Below, one piece after another: positions 10,646 through 24,000 of a stretch of 64,000 nucleotides of DNA. Below the pieces are notes generated by a model. That model was not told where the DNA came from. It did no database searches and saw nothing but the letters and a program-made list of their open reading frames with translations. Location: positions 53,858-117,857 of the forward strand of contig JAUCBJ010008428.1 of the NCBI GenBank assembly GCA_032718475.1, read 5' to 3'. A program made the position numbers and the translations under genes. Numbering within the stretch: position 1 is the first letter of the stretch; each line of letters starts with the position of its first letter. Source of the DNA: Nemertoderma westbladi. Its lineage: Eukaryota > Animalia > Xenacoelomorpha.

Positions 10646-11050
10646 TCTAGCGCCTCGTTGATTGCTATATATGCGATATCGTAAAATAGTTCTTCATAGG
10701 TCTCGTATTCAGCCTGGACTACCCGAACGGTAATCCTGAATCGTCCAATGTTCGTTCCTTGTACTTCGACTTCGACGTGCCAGATTCCTGGCTCAACTTG
10801 GATTATATCAATAGGTGTCTTCCATTCCCTGACTCTCTTATTTATGATCTGCAGACAACGAGTTTTTAGTTTGAGTTTGTAATTTGATTGAACCACGGCT
10901 TTGTCTTAAATCAAATACCAGAGTTTCCTCGTAGTGGGTGCTGGGTAAGCACGGAGAGAGTTTGAAGAGTACTGTAGAATTCCCAACATCCACCAGTTGA
11001 AGTTGGCCGCGTCTTATTCTCAATTTTGTTGCCGTTATTCCCGACACCAT
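10642..11050 (-). CDS. Upstream ORF(s) of 70 and 84 aa in the leader, possibly one frameshifted ORF0
   Basis: Two overlapping ORFs fill the LTR-to-gag leader; the stop overlaps the gag ATG as ATGA. Confidence 0.4.
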
Positions 11051-12072
11051 GGGGGAAAACGCCGATGCTGGAGGCGGAACTTTTAAACCACGGGATTCCG
11101 GCCAGTCACCGGATATTGGGAGTGGAGAAGGAGTACTTTCTTAAATGCAGGATTGCGGTTGAGAAAAGGTTGCATTAGTTGGATATAATCGCTTAATGTA
11201 ACTTTCCTACAGTTGTTGAATCATGAATCCTGAATCCTGATTGAGAATAAGTTGGGCTTCCCCAAACCAATATACACCAAATATTCACAATAATATATGA
11301 CAATATAAATTCCTACAGTACATTATTTAATTACCCACTGTTCGCTTTAGATTTTAACCTAACTAATGTTCCCCATTTTCCCTCGGTCCTAGTCTCGGTA
11401 CCGTGGAGTCAGTGTCGGTCGACCCTGTTGCGTGTCCGTCCCACCCTTCCCAAACTCCGAAGGGATTGGTCATCAGGAAAGCGGTACGGCTTGGCTAAGG
11501 GTCGGTCAAGTCGGTAGACCCGGTTGCGTGTCCGTCCCACCCTCCCCGAACCCCGAAGGGATCGGTCATCAGGAAAGCGGTACAGCTTGGCTAGGGGTCT
11601 GTCGAGTCGGTGGACCCGTTTGCATGTCCATCCCACCCTTCCCGAACCCTGAAGGGATTGGTCATCAGGAAAGCGGTACGGCTTGGCTAGGGGTCCGTCG
11701 GTTCATCACAGGGACCCAACTACCTAGGCTTTCCGAATCCTTTTCAGGCTCGTAGTCGCTTCGGTAGCCGAGAAGCTGCTCCGAACAGTCCCAACTGTTG
11801 GTAGTTTTCCGAGTCCTTATTCAGGCTCGTACTAACGCCGGTCGTGGAACCCACTCCAGGAAGGCAGTCCTCGTCAAACCCTTCCTCCGTTTAGTCGGTC
11901 GACCCGTCGCAAGTCCCTGGCGTAGTCGGCAAGCTTTCTGAGTCCTTATTCAGGCTCGTAATAACTGCCGGCGACCAGGGACCGCTAAGGATCTGTCCAT
12001 CGGTTCCCATCGCAAATCCCTGACACAAGCAGCAGACTTCCCGAGTCCTTATTCTGGCTCGTAATAACTGCT
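11050..12072 (-). repeat. 5' LTR of the BEL element (about 330 bp missing at its outer end)
   Basis: Matches 2144-3352. The inner end is inferred from minus-strand CCCCCA|TGGTGTCGGG (CA followed by a PBS-like TGG). Confidence 0.8.
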
Positions 12073-15000
12073 AGTTACGTCCGTACTCCTACCCACTAGT
12101 TTCATCCCGCTACTGCACTTGCACTAGTTCCGTCCAATCCTACCCACTAGTTTCATCCCGCTACTGCACTTGCACTAGTTCCGTCCGTACTCCTAGCCAC
12201 TAGATTCATCCCGCTACTGCACTTGCACTAGTTCCGTCCAATCCTACCCACTAGTTTCATCCCGCTACTGCACTTGCACTAGTTCCGTCCGTACTCCTAG
12301 CCACTAGTTTCATCCCGCTCCTGCACTTGCACTAGCTCCGTCCGTACTCCTACCCACTAGTTTCATCCCGCTACTGCACTTACACTAGTTACGTCTGTAC
12401 TACTAGCCACTAGTTTGATCCCGCTACTGCACTTTCACTAGTTCCGTCCGTACTCCTAGCCACTAGTTTCATCCCGCTACTGCACTTGCACTAGTTCCGT
12501 CCAATCCTACCCACGAGTTTCATCCCGCTACTGCACTTGCACTAGTTCCGTCCAATCCTACCCACTAGTTTCATCCCGCTACTGCACTTGCACTAGTTCC
12601 GTCCATACTCCTACCCACTAGTTCCGTCCGTACTCCTAGCCACTAGTTTCATCCCGGTACTGTACTTGCACTAGTTCCATCCGTACTACTAGCCACTAGT
12701 TTCATCCCGCTACTGCACTTGCAATAGTTCCGTCCGTACTACTAGCCACTAGTTTCATCCTGCTACTGCACTTGCACTAGTTCCGTCCGTACTACTAGCC
12801 ACTAGTTTCATCCCGCTACTGCACTTGCACTAGTTCCGTCCGTAATACTAGCCACTAGTTCCATCCCGCTACTGCACTTGCACTAGTTCCGTCCAATCAT
12901 ACCCACTAGTTTCATCCCGCTACTGCACTTGCACTAGTTCCGTCCGTACTACTAGCCACTAGTTTCATCCCGCTACTGCACTTGCACTAGTTCCGTCCGT
13001 ACTCCTAGCCACTAGTTTCATCCCGCTACTGCACTTGCACTAGTTCCGTCCGCTCTCCTACCCACTAGTTTCATCCCGCTACTGCACTTGCACTAGTTCC
13101 ATCCATACTCCTAGACACTAGTTTCATCCGCTACTGCACTTGCACTAGTTCCGTCCGCACTCCTAGCCAATAGTTTCATCCCGCTACTGCACTTGCACTA
13201 GTTCCGTCCGTAGTCCTAGCCACTAGTCTCATCCCGCTACTGCACTTGCACTAGTTCCGTCCAATCCTACACACTAGTTTCATCCCGCTACTGCACTTTC
13301 ACTATTTCCGTCCAATCCTACCCACTAGTTTCATCCCGCTACTGCACTTGAACTAGTTCCGTCCGTACTCCTAGCCACTAGTTTCATCCGCTACTGCACT
13401 TGCACTAGTTCCGTCCAATCCTACCCACTAGTTTCATCCCGCTACTGCACTTGCACTAGTTCCGTCCGTACTCCTAACCACTAGTTTCATCCGCTACTGC
13501 ACTTGCACTAGTTCCGTCCGTACTCCTAGCCACTAGTTTCATCCCGCTACTGCACTTGCACTAGTTCCGTCCACTCCTAGCCTCTAGTTTCATCCCGCTA
13601 CGGCACTTGCACTAGTTCCGTCCGTACTACTAGCCACTAGTTTTATCCCGCTACTGCACTTGCACTAGTTCCGTCCGTACTCCTACCCACTAGTTCCGTC
13701 CGTACTCCTAGCCTCTAGTTTCATCCCGCTACTGCACTTGCACTAGTTCCGTCCGTACTCCTAGCCACTAGTTTCATCCCGCTACTGCACTTGCACTATT
13801 TCCGTCCAATCCTACCCACTAGTTTCATCCCGCTACCGCACTTGCACTAGTTCCGTCCGTACTCCTAGCCACTAGTTTCATCCCACTTCTGCACTTGCAC
13901 TAGCTCCGTCCGTACTCCTACCCACTAGTTTCATCCCGCTACTGCACTTACACTAGTTACGTCTGTACTACTAGCCACTAGTTTCATCCCGCTACTGCAC
14001 TTTCACTAGTTCCGTCCGTACTCGAAGTCACTAGTTTCATCCCGCTACTGCACTTGCACTAGTTCCGCCCAATCCTACCCACTAGTTTCATCCCGCTACT
14101 GCACTTGCACTAGTTCCGTCCAATCCTACCCACTAGTTTCATCCCGCTACTGCACTTGCACTAGTTCCATCCATACACCTACCCACTAGTTCCGTCCGTA
14201 CTCCTAGTCACTAGTTTCATCCCGGTACTGTACTTGCACTAGTTCCGTCCGTACTACTAGCCACTAGTTTCATCCCGCTACTGCACTTGCACTAGTTCCG
14301 TCCAATCCTACCCACTAGTTTCATCCCGCTACTGCACTTGCACTAGTTCCATCCATACTCCTACCCACTAGTTCCGTCCGTACTCCTAGTCACTAGTTTC
14401 ATCCCGGTACTGCACTTGCACTAGTTCCGTCCGTACTCCTAACCACTAATTTCATCCCGCTACTGCACTTGCACTAGTTCCGCCCACTCCTACCCACTAG
14501 TTTCATCCCGCTACTGCACTTACACTAGTTCCGTCCGTACTCCTACCCACTAGTTTCATCCCGCTACTGCACGTGCACTAGTTCCGTCCAATCCTACCCA
14601 TTAGTTTCATCCCGCTACTGCACTTGCACTTGTTCCGTCCGTACTCCTAGCCACTAGTTTCATCCCGCTACTGCACTTGCACTATTTCCGTCCAATCCTA
14701 CCCACTAGTTTCATCCCGCTACTGCACTTGCACTAGTTCCGTCCGTACTCCTAGCCACTAGTTTCATCCCGCTTCTGCACTTGCACTAGCTCCGTCCGTA
14801 CTCCTACCCACTAGTTTCATCCCGCTACTGCACTTACACTAGTTACGTCTGTACTACTAGCCACTAGTTTCATCCCGCTACTGCACTTTCACTAGTTCCA
14901 TCCGTACTCCTAGCCACTAGTTTCATCCCGCTACTGCACTTGCACTAGTTCCGTCCAATCCTACCCACTAGTTTCATCCCGCAACTGCACTTGCACTAGT

Positions 15001-18000
15001 TCCGTCCAATCCTACCCACTAGTTTCATCCCGCTACTGCACTTGCACTAGTTCCGTCCATACTCCTACCCACTAGTTCCGTCCGTACTCCTAGCCACTAG
15101 TTTCATCCCGGTACTGTACTTGCACTAGTTCCGTCCGTACTACTAGCCACTAGTTTCATCCCGCTACTGCACTTGCAATAGTTCCGTCCGTACTACTAGC
15201 CACTAGTTTCATCCTGCTACTGCACTTGCACTAGTTCCGTCCGTACTACTAGCCACTAGTTTCATCCCGCTACTGCACTTGCACTAGTTCCGTCCGTACT
15301 ACTAGCCACTAGTTCCATCCCGCTACTGCACTTGCACTAGTTCCGTCCAATCATACCCACTAGTTTCATCCCGCTACTGCACTTGCACTAGTTCCGTCCG
15401 TACTACTAGCCACTAGTTTCATCCCGCTACGGCACTTGCACTAGTTCCGTCCGTACTCCTACCCTCTAGTTCCGTCCGTACTCCTACCCACTAGATTCAT
15501 CCCGCTACTGCACTTGCACTAGTTCCGTCCACTCCTACCCACTAGTTTCATCCCGCTACTGCACTTGCACTATAGTTCCGTCCGTACTCCTACCCACTAG
15601 TTTCATTCCGCTACTGCACTTGCACTAGTTCCGTCCAATCCTACCCACTAGTTTCATCCCGCTACTGAACTTGCACTAGTTCCGCCGTACTCCTACCCAC
15701 TAGTTCCGTCCGTACTTCTAGCCACTAGTTTCATCCCGCTACTGCACTTGCACTAGTTCCGTCCAATCCTACCCACTAGTTTCATCCCGCTACTGCACTT
15801 GCACTAGTTCCGTCCAATCATACTCACTAGTTTCATCCCACTACTGCACTTGCACTAGTTCCGTCCGTACTCCTAGAAACTAGTTTCAACCCGCTACTGC
15901 ACTAGTTCCGTCCAATCCTACCCACATCCCGCTACTGCACTTGCACTAGTTCCGTCCGTACTCCTAGCCACTAGTTTCATCCGCTACTGCACTTGCACTA
16001 GTTCCGTCCGTACTCCTAGCCAGTAGTTTCATCCCGCTACTGCACTTGTACTAGTTCCGTCCAATCCTACCCACTAGTTTCATCCCGGTACTGCACTTGC
16101 ACTAGTTCCGTCCGTACTCCTAACCACTAGTTTCATCCCGCTACTGCACTTGCACTAGTTCCGTCCAATCCTACCCACTAGTTTAATCCGGCTACTGCAC
16201 TTGCACTAGTTCCGTCCGTACTCCTAGCCTCTAGTTTCATCCCGCTACTGCACTTGCACTAGTTCCGTCCGTACTCCTAGCCATTAGTTTCATCCCGCTA
16301 CTGCACTTGCACTAGTTCCGTCCGTACTCCTAGCCTCTAGTTTCATCCCGCTACTGCACTTGCACTAGTTCCGTCCGTACTCCTACCCACTAGTTTCATC
16401 CCGCTACTGCACTTGCACTAGTTCCGTACACTCCTAGCCACTAGTTTCATCCCGCTACTGCACTTGCACTAGTTCCATCCGTACTCCTAGCCACTAGTTG
16501 CATCCCGCTACTGCACTTGCACTAGTTCCGTCCTATCCTACCCACTAGTTTCATCCCGCTACTGCACTTGCACTAGTTCCGTCCGTACTCCTACCCACTA
16601 GTTCCGTCCGTACTCCTAGCCTCTAGTTTCATCCCGCTACTGCACTTGCACTAGGTCCGTCCGTACTCCTAGCCACTAGTTTCATCCCGCTACTGCACTT
16701 GCACTAGTTCCGTCCGTACTCCTAGCCACTAGTTTCATCCCGCTACTGCACTTGCACTAGTTCCGTCCAATCCTACCCACTAGTTTTATCCCACTACTGC
16801 ACTTGCACTAGTTCCGCCGTACTCCTACCCACTAGTTCCGTCCGTACTCCTAGCCACTAGTTTCATCCCGCTACTGCACTTGCACTAGTTCCGTCCGTAC
16901 TCCTAGCTACTAGTTTCATCCCGCTACTGCACTTGCACTAGTTCCGTCCGTACTCCTAGCCACTAGTTTCATCCCGCTACTGCACTTGCACTAGTTCCGT
17001 CCAATCCTACCCACTAGTTTCATCCCGCTACTGCACTTGCACTAGTTCCGTCCGTACTCCTAGCCACTAGTTTCATCCCGCTACTGCACTTGCACTAGTT
17101 CCGCCCGTACTCCTACCCACTAGTTTCATCCCGCTACTGCACTTGCACTAGTTCCGTCCGTACTCCTAGCCACTAGTTTCATCCCGCTACTGCACTTGCA
17201 CTAGTTCCGTCCGTACTACTAGCCACTAGTTTCATCCCGCTACTGCACTTGCACTAGTTCCGTCCGAACTCCTACCCACTAGTTTCATCCCGCTACTGCA
17301 CTTGCACTAGTTCCGTCCGTACTCCTAGCCACTAGTTTCATCCCGCTACTGCACTTGCACTAGTTCCGTCCGTACTCCTAGCCACTAGTTTCATCCCGCT
17401 ACTGCACTTGCACTAGTTCCGTCCGTACTCCTAGCCACTAGTTTCATCCCGCTACTGCACTTTCACTAGTTCCGCCCGTACTCCTACCCACTAGTTTCAT
17501 CCCGCTACTGCACTTTCACTAGTTCCGTCCGTACTCCTAGCCACTAGTTTCATCCCGCTACTGCACTTGCACTAGTTCCGTCCGAACTCCTACCCACTAG
17601 TTTCATCCCGCTACTGCACTAGTTCCGTCCAATCCTACCCACTAGTTTCATCCCGCTACTGCACTTTCACTAGTTCCGTCCGTACTCCTAGCCACTAGTT
17701 TCATCCCGCTACTGCACTTGCTCTAGTTCCGTCCTATCCTACCCACTAGTTTTATCCCACTACTGCACTTGCACTAGTTCCGCCGTACTCCTACCCACTA
17801 GTTCCGTCCGTACTCCTAGCCACTAGTTTCATCCCGCTACTGCACTTGCACTAGTTCCGTCCGTACTCCTAGCCACTAGTTTCATCCCGCTACTGCACTT
17901 GCACTATTTCCGTCCAATCCTACCCACTAGTTTCATCCCGCTACCGCACTTGCACTAGTTCCGTCCGTACTCCTAGCCACTAGTTTCATCCCACTTCTGC

Positions 18001-21000
18001 ACTTGCACTAGCTCCGTCCGTACTCCTACCCACTAGTTTCATCCCGCTACTGCACTTACACTAGTTACGTCTGTACTACTAGCCACTAGTTTCATCCCGC
18101 TACTGCACTTTCACTAGTTCCGTCCGTACTCGAAGTCACTAGTTTCATCCCGCTACTGCACTTGCACTAGTTCCGCCCAATCCTACCCACTAGTTTCATC
18201 CCGCTACTGCACTTGCACTAGTTCCGTCCAATCCTACCCACTAGTTTCATCCCGCTACTGCACTTGCACTAGTTCCATCCATACTCCTACCCACTAGTTC
18301 CGTCCGTACTCCTAGTCACTAGTTTCATCCCGGTACTGTACTTGCACTAGTTCCGTCCGTACTACTAGCCACTAGTTTCATCCCGCTACTGCACTTGCAC
18401 TAGTTCCGTCCAATCCTACCCACTAGTTTCATCCCGCTACTGCACTTGCACTAGTTCCATCCATACTCCTACCCACTAGTTCCGTCCGTACTCCTAGTCA
18501 CTAGTTTCATCCCGGTACTGCACTTGCACTAGTTCCGTCCGTACTCCTAACCACTAATTTCATCCCGCTACTGCACTTGCACTAGTTCCGCCCACTCCTA
18601 CCCACTAGTTTCATCCCGCTACTGCACTTACACTAGTTCCGTCCGTACTCCTACCCACTAGTTTCATCCCGCTACTGCACGTGCACTAGTTCCGTCCAAT
18701 CCTACCCATTAGTTTCATCCCGCTACTGCACTTGCACTTGTTCCGTCCGTACTCCTAGCCACTAGTTTCATCCCGCTACTGCACTTGCACTATTTCCGTC
18801 CAATCCTACCCACTAGTTTCATCCCGCTACTGCACTTGCACTAGTTCCGTCCGTACTCCTAGCCACTAGTTTCATCCCGCTTCTGCACTTGCACTAGCTC
18901 CGTCCGTACTCCTACCCACTAGTTTCATCCCGCTACTGCACTTACACTAGTTACGTCTGTACTACTAGCCACTAGTTTCATCCCGCTACTGCACTTTCAC
19001 TAGTTCCATCCGTACTCCTAGCCACTAGTTTCATCCCGCTACTGCACTTGCACTAGTTCCGTCCAATCCTACCCACTAGTTTCATCCCGCTACTGCACTT
19101 GCACTAGTTCCGTCCAATCCTACCCACTAGTTTCATCCCGCTACTGCACTTGCACTAGTTCCGTCCATACTCCTACCCACTAGTTCCGTCCGTACTCCTA
19201 GCCACTAGTTTCATCCCGGTACTGTACTTGCACTAGTTCCGTCCGTACTACTAGCCACTAGTTTCATCCCGCTACTGCACTTGCAATAGTTCCGTCCGTA
19301 CTACTAGCCACTAGTTTCATCCTGCTACTGCACTTGCACTAGTTCCGTCCGTACTACTAGCCACTAGTTTCATCCCGCTACTGCACTTGCACTAGTTCCG
19401 TCCGTACTACTAGCCACTAGTTCCATCCCGCTACTGCACTTGCACTAGTTCCGTCCAATCATACCCACTAGTTTCATCCCGCTACTGCACTTGCACTAGT
19501 TCCGTCCGTACTACTAGCCACTAGTTCCATCCCGCTACTGCACTTGCACTAGTTCCGTCCAATCATACCCACTAGTTTCATCCCGCTACTGCACTTGCAC
19601 TAGTTCCGTCCGTACTACTAGCCACTAGTTTCATCCCGCTACGGCACTTGCACTAGTTCCGTCCGTACTCCTACCCTCTAGTTCCGTCCGTACTCCTACC
19701 CACTAGATTCATCCCGCTACTGCACTTGCACTAGTTCCGTCCACTCCTACCCACTAGTTTCATCCCGCTACTGCACTTGCACTATAGTTCCGTCCGTACT
19801 CCTACCCACTAGTTTCATTCCGCTACTGCACTTGCACTAGTTCCGTCCAATCCTACCCACTAGTTTCATCCCGCTACTGAACTTGCACTAGTTCCGCCGT
19901 ACTCCTACCCACTAGTTCCGTCCGTACTTCTAGCCACTAGTTTCATCCCGCTACTGCACTTGCACTAGTTCCGTCCAATCCTACCCACTAGTTTCATCCC
20001 GCTACTGCACTTGCACTAGTTCCGTCCAATCATACTCACTAGTTTCATCCCACTACTGCACTTGCACTAGTTCCGTCCGTACTCCTAGAAACTAGTTTCA
20101 ACCCGCTACTGCACTAGTTCCGTCCAATCCTACCCACATCCCGCTACTGCACTTGCACTAGTTCCGTCCGTACTCCTAGCCACTAGTTTCATCCGCTACT
20201 GCACTTGCACTAGTTCCGTCCGTACTCCTAGCCAGTAGTTTCATCCCGCTACTGCACTTGTACTAGTTCCGTCCAATCCTACCCACTAGTGTCATCCCGG
20301 TACTGCACTTGCACTAGTTCCGTCCGTACTCCTAACCACTAGTTTCATCCCGCTACTGCACTTGCACTAGTTCCGTCCAATCCTACCCACTAGTTTAATC
20401 CGGCTACTGCACTTGCACTAGTTCCGTCCGTACTCCTAGCCTCTAGTTTCATCCCGCTACTGCACTTGCACTAGTTCCGTCCGTACTCCTAGCCATTAGT
20501 TTCATCCCGCTACTGCACTTGCACTAGTTCCGTCCGTACTCCTAGCCTCTAGTTTCATCCCGCTACTGCACTTGCACTAGTTCCGTCCGTACTCCTACCC
20601 ACTAGTTTCATCCCGCTACTGCACTTGCACTAGTTCCGTACACTCCTAGCCACTAGTTTCATCCCGCTACTGCACTTGCACTAGTTCCGTCCGTACTACT
20701 AGCCACTAGTTTCATCCCGCTACTGCACTTGCACTAGTTCCGTCCGTACTACTAGCCACTAGTTCCATCCCGCTACTGCACTTGCACTAGTTCCGTCCAA
20801 TCATACCCACTAGTTTCATCCCGCTACTGCACTTGCACTAGTTCCGTCCGTACTACTAGCCACTAGTTTCATCCCGCTACGGCACTTGCACTAGTTCCGT
20901 CCGTACTCCTACCCTCTAGTTCCGTCCGTACTCCTACCCACTAGATTCATCCCGCTACTGCACTTGCACTAGTTCCGTCCACTCCTACCCACTAGTTTCA

Positions 21001-24000
21001 TCCCGCTACTGCACTTGCACTATAGTTCCGTCCGTACTCCTACCCACTAGTTTCATTCCGCTACTGCACTTGCACTAGTTCCGTCCAATCCTACCCACTA
21101 GTTTCATCCCGCTACTGAACTTGCACTAGTTCCGCCGTACTCCTACCCACTAGTTCCGTCCGTACTTCTAGCCACTAGTTTCATCCCGCTACTGCACTTG
21201 CACTAGTTCCGTCCAATCCTACCCACTAGTTTCATCCCGCTACTGCACTTGCACTAGTTCCGTCCAATCATACTCACTAGTTTCATCCCACTACTGCACT
21301 TGCACTAGTTCCGTCCGTACTCCTAGAAACTAGTTTCAACCCGCTACTGCACTAGTTCCGTCCAATCCTACCCACATCCCGCTACTGCACTTGCACTAGT
21401 TCCGTCCGTACTCCTAGCCACTAGTTTCATCCGCTACTGCACTTGCACTAGTTCCGTCCGTACTCCTAGCCAGTAGTTTCATCCCGCTACTGCACTTGTA
21501 CTAGTTCCGTCCAATCCTACCCACTAGTGTCATCCCGGTACTGCACTTGCACTAGTTCCGTCCGTACTCCTAACCACTAGTTTCATCCCGCTACTGCACT
21601 TGCACTAGTTCCGTCCAATCCTACCCACTAGTTTAATCCGGCTACTGCACTTGCACTAGTTCCGTCCGTACTCCTAGCCTCTAGTTTCATCCCGCTACTG
21701 CACTTGCACTAGTTCCGTCCGTACTCCTAGCCATTAGTTTCATCCCGCTACTGCACTTGCACTAGTTCCGTCCGTACTCCTAGCCTCTAGTTTCATCCCG
21801 CTACTGCACTTGCACTAGTTCCGTCCGTACTCCTACCCACTAGTTTCATCCCGCTACTGCACTTGCACTAGTTCCGTACACTCCTAGCCACTAGTTTCAT
21901 CCCGCTACTGCACTTGCACTAGTTCCATCCGTACTCCTAGCCACTAGTTGCATCCCGCTACTGCACTTGCACTAGTTCCGTCCTATCCTACCCACTAGTT
22001 TCATCCCGCTACTGCACTTGCACTAGTTCCGTCCGTACTCCTACCCACTAGTTCCGTCCGTACTCCTAGCCTCTAGTTTCATCCCGCTACTGCACTTGCA
22101 CTAGGTCCGTCCGTACTCCTAGCCACTAGTTTCATCCCGCTACTGCACTTGCACTAGTTCCGTCCGTACTCCTAGCCACTAGTTTCATCCCGCTACTGCA
22201 CTTGCACTAGTTCCGTCCAATCCTACCCACTAGTTTTATCCCACTACTGCACTTGCACTAGTTCCGCCGTACTCCTACCCACTAGTTCCGTCCGTACTCC
22301 TAGCCACTAGTTTCATCCCGCTACTGCACTTGCACTAGTTCCGTCCGTACTCCTAGCTACTAGTTTCATCCCGCTACTGCACTTGCACTAGTTCCGTCCG
22401 TACTCCTAGCCACTAGTTTCATCCCGCTACTGCACTTGCACTAGTTCCGTCCAATCCTACCCACTAGTTTCATCCCGCTACTGCACTTGCACTAGTTCCG
22501 TCCGTACTCCTAGCCACTAGTTTCATCCCGCTACTGCACTTGCACTAGTTCCGCCCGTACTCCTACCCACTAGTTTCATCCCGCTACTGCACTTGCACTA
22601 GTTCCGTCCGTACTCCTAGCCACTAGTTTCATCCCGCTACTGCACTTGCACTAGTTCCGTCCGTACTACTAGCCACTAGTTTCATCCCGCTACTGCACTT
22701 GCACTAGTTCCGTCCGAACTCCTACCCACTAGTTTCATCCCGCTACTGCACTTGCACTAGTTCCGTCCGTACTCCTAGCCACTAGTTTCATCCCGCTACT
22801 GCACTTGCACTAGTTCCGTCCGTACTCCTAGCCACTAGTTTCATCCCGCTACTGCACTTGCACTAGTTCCGTCCGTACTCCTAGCCACTAGTTTCATCCC
22901 GCTACTGCACTTTCACTAGTTCCGCCCGTACTCCTACCCACTAGTTTCATCCCGCTACTGCACTTTCACTAGTTCCGTCCGTACTCCTAGCCACTAGTTT
23001 CATCCCGCTACTGCACTTGCACTAGTTCCGTCCGAACTCCTACCCACTAGTTTCATCCCGCTACTGCACTAGTTCCGTCCAATCCTACCCACTAGTTTCA
23101 TCCCGCTACTGCACTTTCACTAGTTCCGTCCGTACTCCTAGCCACTAGTTTCATCCCGCTACTGCACTTGCTCTAGTTCCGTCCTATCCTACCCACTAGT
23201 TTTATCCCACTACTGCACTTGCACTAGTTCCGCCGTACTCCTACCCACTAGTTCCGTCCGTACTCCTAGCCACTAGTTTCATCCCGCTACTGCACTTGCA
23301 CTAGTTCCGTCCGTACTCCTAGCTACTAGTTTCATCCCGCTACTGCACTTGCACTAGCTCCGTCCGTACTCCTAGCCACTAGTTTCATCCCGCTACTGCA
23401 CTTTCACTAGTTCCGCCCGTACTCCTACCCACTAGTTTCATCCCGCTACTGCACTTTCACTAGTTCCGTCCGTACTCCTACCCACTAGTTTCATCCCGCT
23501 ACTGCACTTGCACTAGTTCCGTCCGTACTCCTAGCCACTAGTTTCATCCCGCTACTGCATTTGCTCTAGTTCCGTCCTATCCTACCCACTAGTTTCATCC
23601 CACTACTGCACTTGCACTAGTTCCGCCGTACTCCTACCCACTAGTTCCGTCCGTACTCCTAGCCACTAGTTTCATCCCGCTACTGCACTTGCACTAGGTC
23701 CGTCCGTACTCCTAGCCACTAGTTTCATCCCGCTACTGCACTTGCTCTAGTTCCGTCCTATCCTACCCACTAGTTTCATCCCACTACTGCACTTGCACTA
23801 GTTCCGCCGTACTCCTACCCACTAGTTCCGTCCGTACTCCTAGCCACTAGTTTCATCCCGCTACTGCACTTGCACTAGTTCCGTCCGTACTCCTAGCTAC
23901 TAGTTTCATCCCGCTACTGCACTTGCACTATTTCCGTCCAATCCTACCCACTAGTTTCATCCCGCTACTGCACTTGCACTAGTTCCGTCCGTACTCCTAG

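Larger units (their letters stand above)
2144..12072 (-). mobile_element. BEL/Pao LTR retrotransposon, non-autonomous (RT, RNase H and most of integrase deleted), with accessory ORFs
   Basis: Long direct repeats 2144-3352 and 11079-12072; BEL-type gag, three zinc knuckles, DxG protease, BEL integrase C-terminal remnant; poly-G PPT followed by TGTT on the minus strand. Confidence 0.9.
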
